Source of the DNA: Octopus sinensis
Taxonomy: Eukaryota
Direction: 5' to 3'
DNA: 6,613 nucleotides
Assembly: GCF_006345805.1 (NCBI RefSeq)
Contig: NW_021829225.1
Span: forward strand, 1-6,613
The notes under the pieces were generated by a model. That model had not been told where the DNA came from. It was given only the letters and a program-made list of their open reading frames with translations, and made no database searches. Of the stretch, positions 1 to 6,613 are shown piece after piece; position 1 is the stretch's first letter, and every line of letters begins with the position of its first letter. A program made the position numbers and the translations under genes.

Positions 1-110
1 AGATTGGAGCCTGGTGCAGCCATCTGGTTCATCAGACTTCAGTCAAATAGTCCATCCCATGCCAGCATGGAAAGCGGACATTAAATGATGATGATGATGA
101 TGATGATGAT
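1..110 (+). mobile_element. 3' end of an interspersed SINE-like repeat with (GAT)n tail, cut by the window start
   Basis: agattggagcctggtgcagcc...cccatgccagcatggaaagcggacattaaa(tga)n is closely similar to 2044-2149 in this window. Confidence 0.85.
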
Positions 111-331
111 TAGTTCTCTCAAGAGCTGAAAATGTCCAGGAAAAATATGGACATACCATACTGATATCTGTTATTGGAGGAGTGTACTTTTATAGATAGT
201 GGTAGATACCAGTCATTAGCAGCATCCACTACTCATGTGATGTTACCAACCCAGCATTGCATTTACTAAATGTATAAACATTAGCAACATAGCATTAACT
301 CCAAATGTAATATTAGCAACAGATCACACAT

Positions 332-746
332 TTAATATTAGTATGCCTGACACGAGTCCTGGGCTCAGCTGGCTCCGGCTGACAGTACCCTGTATGGGCC
401 CCTATCCAGGGTTACAGAAAGGAGACAACCTTCAAAGAAATCCGGAGTGGAGCCCCAAAGACAGTTTAGTGTTCGACTCGACACTCTTCCAGCAGATCCT
501 TCAACCAAGCTGGTGCCAACGTAATGCTCTGCACTCCTTTGTACTACGTCAGCAAGGTCGAGAGAGAAATCCTGATGATTGGAAATACCCAGGATTTTCT
601 TATTTCTAGCCCAGGCCTGCGCAAAACTGGAGAGGACACTTCAGTGCTGCTGTAGGTGTATTAGGACATGAAATGTAAAAGCCGGACTAGATTATTTTAT
701 GTGCAACTCCATTGTCTCCCGAGACAAAAAGGATGCCAACAACAAC
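332..746 (+). mobile_element. Probable RTE-derived non-autonomous retroelement (5'UTR-like body plus (CAA)n tail)
   Basis: GC-richer block with aaatccggagtggagcccc, ccaagctggtgccaa and gcccaggcctgcgc, which I recall from RTE-clade 5' UTRs. It ends ...ggatgccaacaacaac. A candidate TSD flanks it: caacagatcacacat (317-331) and caacccatcacacat (743-757). Confidence 0.55.
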
Positions 747-798
747 CCATCACACATGTGACATGTAATGTATATACAAACAAGTAGTACATATTGTT

Positions 799-823
799 AC
801 ACACACACACACACACACACACA
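799..823. repeat. (CA)12 microsatellite
   Basis: Directly visible, immediately upstream of the CR1 fragment. Confidence 0.95.
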
Positions 824-832
824 TTCATACAG

Positions 833-1448
833 GTACGCAGAGTTTTGTTTTTGATTTGACGGTCATTTGGAATGCTCACAGCAGCCATATTCCTACCACT
901 CTATGTCACACTGGTGAGACCCATATTGGAGTACGGGATTCAAGCCTCTTCTCCTTATCTCCTCAAAGACATATATCATCTCGAAAGAGTCTAGAAGCTG
1001 GCTACTCATATGGTTCTTGGTCTCAAGCATTTGTCCTATGAAGAAAGGCTGAAGACGCTCGACCTTTATTCTCTAGAAAAACGATGACACCGTGGTGATC
1101 TCATTCTTGCTCACAACATCATAAGCGGAAAGTGTAACCTCTCGAAAGAGCTGTTCTTCACTCCTGCTCCACAACGCCGGCTGCGGGGTCACTCCGAAAA
1201 GCTCTATCTGCGACGATTTCATCTCAATTGAAGGAGAGGGGCTTTCTCCGTCCGGGTTGCGGATCCATGGAATAAGCTGCCGGACGAGATAGTGAAGATG
1301 CCGACGACCACTCGGTTCAAAGTCTCCCTTGACCACAAATGGCCTGAACTCTTTGCATGAACACCCTCCCTGTACATAACTCCATGTCCCCCTACATGGC
1401 CTTGCTTTTTGCTTTTTGAGCCAAAAAATTAACTTAACTTAACTTAAC
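833..1448 (+). mobile_element. 5'-truncated CR1-clade LINE relic: ORF2 C-terminus, 3' UTR and (TTAAC)4 tail
   Basis: Frame +2 (833-1360) reads VRRVLFLI*RSFGMLTAAIFLPLYVTLVRPILEYGIQASSPYLLKDIYHLERV*KLATHMVLGLKHLSYEERLKTLDLYSLEKR*HRGDLILAHNIISGKCNLSKELFFTPAPQRRLRGHSEKLYLRRFHLN*RRGAFSVRVADPWNKLPDEIV...ELFA*. It carries the CR1 post-RT motifs LY.TLVRP.LEY, YEERL, RGDLI, RGH..KL and FS.RV...WN.LP. There are four internal stops and no frameshift. The short-repeat tail is at 1429-1448. Confidence 0.92.
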
Positions 1449-1519
1449 AAAGGCATAAACACTTTCACACACACTTACATTTCACATTTCCCTGATGTCA
1501 TGTGTTTGTCTGTTTTCAG

Positions 1520-1616
1520 GTACACTTTAGACAATAGCAACGCTGACAGTTTGTGTGTAGCTGTTGAACTTCCAGGTGTAAAGTCTGGGGATGAATGTGA
1601 TGTTGATATCATACAG
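1520..1616 (+). CDS. PIH1D2: Internal (penultimate) coding exon of a PIH1-domain family gene, first half of the C-terminal CS domain
   Basis: The acceptor tgttttcag ends at 1519 and the donor CAG|gtatta starts at 1617. The 97 nt are 1 nt plus 32 codons: YTLDNSNADSLCVAVELPGVKSGDECDVDIIQ. The 'VELPG.KS...CD' pattern resembles the PIH1D2 CS domain. The exon ends in phase 0, compatible with the 5531 exon. Confidence 0.8.
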
Positions 1617-1819
1617 GTATTATACTCTTCCATGTATATCTTTTGTGTTTCTGATAAAGAAATGTTGTTATGTGTACAATTAGGCTGTGAATGCATTGGA
1701 ACGTCTTATGACATCCGACTGCATTGAATGCAATAAATATAACTTCACACGAATATATTCTATTCAACATTGTGCAATATAATTTATTTTATTTTAGCTT
1801 TGTCAAACTTTACATACAT

Positions 1820-2149
1820 CCAGCGTCACCTTCCTGGCACGTGAAAAACATTCGAGCGAGGTCGTTGCCAGTGCCACTGGACCGGCTCCTGTGCAGGTGG
1901 CACGTAAAAAAACACCACTTGAGCATGGCCGTTGCCAGTACCGCCTGATTGGCCCCGTGCCGGTGGTACGTAAAAGCACCCACTACACTTTCGGAGTGGT
2001 TGGCATTGGGAAGGGCATCCAGCTGTAGAAACTCTACCAGATCAGATTGGAGCCTGGTGCAGCCAAGTGGTTCGCCAGTTCTCAGTCATTCGTCCAACCC
2101 ATGCTAGCATGGAAAACAGACGTTAAACGATGATTATGATGAAGATGAA
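1820..2149 (+). mobile_element. SINE-like retroposon with ~65-bp internal tandem units and (GAT)n-like tail; same family as 1-110 and 6486-6613
   Basis: The unit marker ggcacgt/ggtacgt recurs at 1836, 1899 and 1965, followed by ggaagggcatccagctgtagaaac. The 3' part matches 1-110, and the tail is gacgttaaacgatgattatgatgaagatg. Confidence 0.85.
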
Positions 2150-2528
2150 AAAACGTACCATATTCTGTTTTCTTTTTGGGCTGCAAATGACGGATCTGCT
2201 TTGTAGTTGACTAGGCAAAAAGATGTAGAGACACATGCATCCTGTTATCCAACAACAAATTTCATAGCCCACACATGTCTTGGAGAAGAGATTTCTCCTA
2301 GGACTGTTTCTGCAGCAGCAGGTTTTATCATGTTCAAATGCACCTAGACATGTTAAATATGATTTTACACAAATATATTTTATTCAATGCTGCATCTTGC
2401 AACATATCCTAAATCTTATTTCTATTAAACATTAGTGATAGAAAAGAAAGTCAATGCTTCTTAAAAAGAGTTATGCATCAAGGGTTGTGTGTTATATTCT
2501 TTGCAAGTGTATCATTAACATATTACCA

Positions 2529-2687
2529 GAAGGTGAAAGCTTGGCTGAAAGCTTAAGGAGTTTGCTTTACAATCATGAAGTCTTGGGTTTGATTCTCCGA
2601 GGGCAAGGGATTTCCATCTTAGTTTGGGTTGATCTCTGAGTTTTGTAAGTGAAACTGTGTAGATGGAAAGTGGGGTGGAAGCCTGTG
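2529..2687 (+). mobile_element. Old, diverged 5' half of a tRNA-SINE related to 5739-5897
   Basis: Colinear similarity to the 5739 copy: tggctg...gggtttgattc (B-box-like)...gggcaagggatttc...ttgtaagtgaaactgtgtagatggaaag...gaagcctgt, versus ttgtgagtggatttggtagacggaaactgaaagaagcccgt. Confidence 0.6.
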
Positions 2688-2790
2688 GAATTGACTGCAT
2701 CACTAATAAAATCTGATGAGCTGCTAAAATTAGTGACCCAAAATTAGCGACTTTGTTTAAGTTACTGAAATTTTAATCATGCTGGGGGAA

Positions 2791-3190
2791 TCTTCTTCTT
2801 TTTATTCCTCTTCTTCTTCTACCTTTTCTTCCACTTCTTCCTTTTCCTTTACTACATCTTCTTCTTCTTTTATTTCTTCTCCTTTTTTCTTCCTATTCTC
2901 TTCTTCATCATCTTCTTCTTCTTCTTCTTCTTCTTCTTCTTCTTCTTCTTCTTCTTCTTCTTCTTTCTTCTTCTTCTCCTTCTTCTTCTTCTTCTTCTTC
3001 TTCTTCTTCTTCCTTCTTCTTCTTCTTCTTCTTCTTTCTTCTTCTTCTTCTTCTTCTTCTTCTTCTTTTTCTTCTTCTTTCTTCTTCTTCATCTTCTTCT
3101 TCCTCTTCCTTTTTACTTCGTCTTCCTTTTCATCCCCCTCCTCTTCTTCTTCCTCCTCCTCCTCCTTCTCCTCCCCCTATTCTTCTTTTT
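2791..3190. repeat. ~400-bp (TTC)n/(GAA)n microsatellite grading into (TCC)n; polypyrimidine/polypurine tract
   Basis: Directly visible, with the purest core at ~2910-3065. It explains the spurious poly-S/F/L and poly-E/K/R ORFs. Confidence 0.98.
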
Positions 3191-3391
3191 CCAGCAATTG
3201 TGTTACAGATAGATTTAGAAATACGAATACAAAATGTATGAAATTTTTAATACGTTTGCAAAAATTAGGCTGAAATATATACATACAGATTTAGAAGGAA
3301 AAATGAGTCTTCTCTGTTGTTGTTTAAACCCAGAAAAATCCTGATCAGACAAGAACCCATGATCAAAGGTTAGAATCGGCTTTGCTCTGTT

Positions 3392-3448
3392 AAAATAAAT
3401 AAATAAATAAAAATAAATAATAAATAAATAAATAATAAATAAATAAAT
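3392..3448. repeat. (TAAA)n microsatellite
   Basis: aaataaataaataaataa... directly visible. Confidence 0.95.
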
Positions 3449-3823
3449 ATCTTTCAGCTGAAATTACGGATTCCGTTCTGATATACAATCAATGCAAGGG
3501 AGACAATTTAGCTATACAGTTAGAAAAATAGATTATTTCCCTTTACCGCAGAACTTAAACCTTCTACACTTGATCTTGTTTTGTTCGATTTTTGCATTGA
3601 AAATCATTTATATAATGTGTCCAATTGTTTAACAGAGCACGATGCGCGCTAAACACACACACACATGCGCACGTAAGTGTACACAGTCATACAAATATAC
3701 ACTATATACGTTATGGACTGATATGCAAGATTTTAAAAAATTATTTATAAGTCTTTGTCATTGTGTCAAGAGGACATACGTTCTTCCTGTGAACCTAGCA
3801 TTCCGTCCATTACGATGACCGGT

Positions 3824-4015
3824 TGTTTCATTTGATCCGATCAACAGAACAGCCTGCTTATGAAATATATTCACGTGTAAGTGGATGAGCACTCCACAGA
3901 TACGTGTCCCCTTAACGTAGTTCTCAGGGAGATTCAACATGACACAGAATGTGACAAGGCTGGCCCTTAAAATTACTGGTATGACTTATTTTTGCCAGCA
4001 GAATGAGGAGCAGGA
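3824..4015 (-). mobile_element. Body/3' part of another SINE family in reverse orientation, tRNA head missing
   Basis: The segment ...gagcactccacagatacgtgtccccttaacgtagttctcagggagattcaacatgacacagaatgtgacaaggctggccctt...tttttgccagc is recognised from memory as a common octopus interspersed repeat. There is no second copy in the window and the boundaries are approximate. Confidence 0.6.
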
Positions 4016-4089
4016 GAAAATTTTTGTGAATAAGAAGCTATTAAGGTTTATATAATATAATCTGAAATAGTAGAAAATATATGTAGAAA

Positions 4090-4370
4090 ATTCTGTTGTG
4101 TCTGGGGAGAGTCATTTTCTTTTTGTGCCTTATAATATAACACGTTCACCGGTAAAATTTCTACTTTTTTCTTATTTTTATTTTCCTAAAATTTTCGTTG
4201 CATCTTGCAACCTTTTCGATAGTCCTGACTCTCAAGAGTCAAGACAAGGTTGCAAGACGCAACGAAAATTTTAGGAAAATAAAAATAAGAAATAAGTGGA
4301 AAATTTACCGGTGAGTGTGTTAAATAATAAGGCACAAAAAGAAAATGACTCTCCCCAGACACAACAGAAT
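4090..4370. repeat. ~281-bp near-perfect palindrome (long inverted repeat, ~4-nt loop)
   Basis: attctgttgtgtctggggagagtcattttctttttgtgcctta (from 4090) is the reverse complement of taaggcacaaaaagaaaatgactctccccagacacaacagaat (to 4370). Pairing continues inward to gtcctgactc-tcaa-gagtcaagac (4222-4245), with a 7-nt bulge at 4215-4221. Confidence 0.95.
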
Positions 4371-4434
4371 ATGCTTCAACACACGAACTCATATAAAGAA
4401 TCTTGCAAACCAAATCCCAAAACGAAATATGTAG

Positions 4435-4820
4435 AAAGAGTGGAGTGAAGCACTCCTAGCCTTTGTTAGGGCATCCTTCTAGGAGAAGGTAACTCAGGTA
4501 ACTGGGATAACTCCGACATAAAACCTGCGGCTCAGTGGTTACCGATGATGTTGACTTGTTCTTCTTTTCGGATTATGGCTGCTGTTGCTTAGTGAGTGGG
4601 ATTGACTCAGTGCACAGCCTTTCCTCACTTTAAAAAAAATCTTCTTGCACAGGCATTGCACGATAACAACATTGTTCATGATTGTTGATGGTGCTGTGAG
4701 TCTCAACTGAATGGCTGGCTGTAGCCTCAAAAAGCAAATAAAAGTCACATTCCATCTCAGCAGCAATAACAGTTAAGCCTCGTGCAATGGCCATACTCGA
4801 TAACGAGGGGACAGCCATCA
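4435..4820 (+). mobile_element. Possible second RTE-related non-autonomous element
   Basis: gggcatccttctaggagaaggtaactc...aaacctgcgg and cactttaaaaaaaatcttcttgcacaggc resemble RTE 5'UTR motifs from memory. The block is GC-richer than its flanks and the boundaries are uncertain. Confidence 0.4.
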
Positions 4821-4903
4821 TGTATGTATATATAGATTGATATCAAAATAAACAACAGGATATCCAGAGGTAATGCAGTATGATCATTTCAAGTGACTCC
4901 ATT

Positions 4904-5022
4904 TATATATATATATATACACACACACACACCACACACACACACACACACACATATGTATATATATATACACTCACACACACACACATATCAAAATAAG
5001 CAGACACACAAACAGACACACA
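4904..5022. repeat. Compound (TA)n/(CA)n microsatellite
   Basis: tatatata...cacacaca...tatatata...cacaca...cagacacacaaa, directly visible. Confidence 0.92.
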
Positions 5023-5530
5023 AATTACATCAATTTAAATGCAGAGCAGTCCTCAGCTGCATAAATACATTGAATTAAATTAAATTAAAACAGATGGACG
5101 CATTAGTATAATTTTACCTAAAACCTCCAAGAAGGTAAGGAGATAAACAAAGAACATGCTGTCTTCACTTCAGCTTAGAAGCTACTTAGGTATCAGGAAG
5201 AAAGACTTGTTAGAGATCTAGCTTCTCACTGTTTTTTTGGAGTCGGTTTTAATTTATAGTATTGTTTATAGATCGATAGATAGATAGAGAGATGTATAAG
5301 GATAAAGCAGAAGAGTTGGATAAGCACTTTATTAGAATGTCATGGATTATATGATCTTTACATGTGTTTCAGTAGTTCTGTAGCACATACTATTATGTAG
5401 ATGTAGTGCAGCAAGTGTTACATAGATGACTGCATAATCCTCTTAGAATACCAGATGCTCAGAAGAAAATAGTAATTTAACCCATAGTTAATTACCAACC
5501 TTGTAATTTTAATTTCTTTTTAAATTTCAG

Positions 5531-5674
5531 GATGTGCTGATGGTTACAGTTACGGGAAAATATGATCTTTTTTTACCTCTTGATGCTCATGTTGATGACT
5601 CGAGAGCAGATGCTCAGTTTCACAAAGACAAAGCTGTCTTATCTGTCAGACTACCATATCTGGAAACTCTTTGA
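5531..5674 (+). CDS. PIH1D2: Terminal coding exon of the same PIH1-domain family gene, second half of the CS domain plus stop
   Basis: A T-rich acceptor (aatttctttttaaatttcag) ends at 5530. The phase-0 frame reads DVLMVTVTGKYDLFLPLDAHVDDSRADAQFHKDKAVLSVRLPYLETL* with TGA at 5672-5674. 'KY.L.L.L...VD....A.F.K.K..L.V.LP' is the typical end of PIH1-family CS domains. A stop right after the domain favours PIH1D2/PIH1D1 over DNAAF2. The ORF track misses this frame. Confidence 0.8.
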   Translation, partial: DVLMVTVTGKYDLFLPLDAHVDDSRADAQFHKDKAVLSVRLPYLETL

Positions 5675-5738
5675 AAAAAAAAAAAATTCTGCCAAAGTTA
5701 AAATCCTGAGAGCTTTTGCTTTTTTCTTTTTCTTTTTT

Positions 5739-5905
5739 CAGGAGTGGCTGTGTGGTAAGTAGCTTGCTTACCAGCCACATGGCTCCGGGTTCAGTCCCAC
5801 TGTGTGGCACCTTGGGCGAGTGTCTTCTACTATAGCCTCGGGCCGACCAAAGCCTTGTGAGTGGATTTGGTAGACGGAAACTGAAAGAAGCCCGTCGTAT
5901 ATATG

Positions 5906-5936
<31 letters not shown>

Positions 5937-6150
5937 TTATGTGTTTGTGTTTGTACCCCCAACATCGCTTGACAACCGATGGTGGTGTGTTTACATCCCT
6001 GTTACTTAGTGGTTCAGCAAGAGAGACCTATAGAATAAGTACTAGGCTTACAAAGAATAAGTCCTGGGATCGATTTGGTCGACTAAAGGCGGTGATCCAG
6101 CATGGGCACAGTCAAATGGCTGAAACAAGTAAAAAGAGTAAAAAAAAGAA
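5739..6150 (+). mobile_element. Near full-length tRNA-derived SINE with internal (TA)n/(TG)n tract and A-rich tail
   Basis: A-box-like tggctgtgtgg at 5745-5755 and B-box-like ggttcagtccc at 5788-5798. These are followed by a ccttgggcgagtgtctt core-like segment, an internal microsatellite at ~5898-5952 and the tail gaaacaagtaaaaagagtaaaaaaaag. It resembles abundant octopus tRNA-SINEs. Confidence 0.88.
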
Positions 6151-6168
6151 GATATATTTAAATATAAT

Positions 6169-6319
6169 GGTTTCAAATTTTGATGCAAGGCCAGCAATTT
6201 TAGGCAGGGTATGGAAGCTAGTTGATTACATCAACCCTGGTGTTCAGCTGGTATTTATTTTATTGACCTCCAAATGCACAAAGGGTTGACCTTGATGGAC
6301 TTTAACTCAGAACGCAAAG
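6169..6319 (-). mobile_element. 5'-truncated tRNA-SINE fragment, copy 1 of a tandem pair
   Basis: Colinear with 6320-6483 (aaggcca, gttgattacatc, ctggta.ttattttattgacct, gacctt, aactcagaacg). The minus strand has a degenerate B-box (gagttaaagtcc). Confidence 0.75.
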
Positions 6320-6483
6320 TTCTAATTTTGGCATAAGGCCAACATTTCTGAAGGGGAAGGGAAGTTGATTACATCGATCCCAGTGCATAACTGGTACTTA
6401 TTTTATTGACCTTGAAAGGATGGAAAGTATAGTCGACCTTGCTAGAATTTGAACTCAGAACGTTAAGAGTTGGAAGAAATACC
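6320..6483 (-). mobile_element. 5'-truncated tRNA-SINE fragment, copy 2 of a tandem pair
   Basis: The minus strand reads cgttctgagttcaaattc (B-box-like), then catcctttcaaggtcaataaaataagtaccag, resembling the conserved Nin-type SINE core. Confidence 0.78.
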
Positions 6484-6485
6484 AC

Positions 6486-6613
6486 AATCGAAATCGAAAT
6501 CAAATTCAATGACTGGCATCTGTGCTAGTGGAGCGCTAAGAGCACCATCCAAGCGTGATCGTTGCCATAGCAGCTGATTGGCTTCCATGCCAGTGGCACA
6601 TAAAAAGCACCAT
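6486..6613 (+). mobile_element. 5' part of a third copy of the tandem-unit SINE-like family, running off the window end
   Basis: It starts with aatcgaaatcgaaatc, followed by units (agcaccat at 6541 and 6606, period 65; cgttgcca; gtggcacataaaaagcacc) homologous to 1836-1980. Confidence 0.75.

Larger units (their letters stand above)
1617..5530 (+). other. GT-AG intron (3,914 bp) between the two PIH1-family exons, filled with repeats
   Basis: It starts gtatta and ends tttcag. Splicing it out joins IIQ|DVLM in frame into one contiguous CS domain. Confidence 0.75.

Noticed and set aside
343-609. 88-aa ORF, and the other short ORFs in SINEs and microsatellites (e.g. 5903-6289, 4893-5078, 697-888)
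   Set aside because: They lie in repeats, show dinucleotide-derived low complexity or no recognisable motif, and cross element boundaries.
856-1336. ORFs 856-1041 (+) and 1073-1336 (-)
   Set aside because: They are off-frame or antisense shadows of the CR1 ORF2 relic, whose real frame is +2 (833-1360).
1500-1727. 75-aa ORF as a standalone gene
   Set aside because: Only 1520-1616 is exon. The flanks are intron read-through beyond clear splice sites.
1836-1985. CRISPR-like periodicity (~65 bp)
   Set aside because: Whole units are homologous with no unique spacers, the context is eukaryotic, and there are no cas genes.
2779-3273. 164-aa (+) and 96-aa (-) ORFs
   Set aside because: They are translations of the TTC/GAA microsatellite, giving homopolymeric amino-acid runs.
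3458-3530. Extra exon after ctttcag at 3457
   Set aside because: The phase-0 reading hits a stop after 7 codons (LKLRIPF*), and the CS domain is already contiguous without it.
5531-5686. Processed pseudogene suggested by poly(A) after the stop
   Set aside because: The coding sequence is preceded by an intact intron and acceptor, so the A-run is genomic.
5562-5762. 66-aa ORF MIFFYLL...
   Set aside because: Wrong frame. The frame starting at 5531 gives the CS-domain sequence.
5739-5810. tRNA gene
   Set aside because: A/B boxes are present but there is no convincing cloverleaf, and the sequence continues into a SINE body and tail.

Overview
AT-rich, repeat-dense eukaryotic (animal) genomic DNA. 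The repeat families resemble those of cephalopods, most likely Octopus; this is recognition from memory, not a database result. None of the supplied ORFs is a gene as predicted. The one supported protein-coding feature is the 3' end of a + strand spliced gene. Its two exons (1520-1616 and 5531-5674) are joined across a 3,914-bp GT-AG intron and encode a C-terminal CS/p23-like domain typical of the PIH1 family, best resembling PIH1D2. The rest is intron and 3' flank filled with a 5'-truncated CR1 LINE relic, RTE-like non-autonomous elements, several tRNA-derived SINE families, a ~281-bp near-perfect palindrome, and microsatellites (a ~400-bp TTC tract, CA, TAAA, GAT). I cannot demonstrate a new biological system. 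The best leads are the palindrome with a hammerhead-like (Penelope-type) motif, a CpG-decay signature in the LINE, and SINE-created splice signals just after the stop codon.
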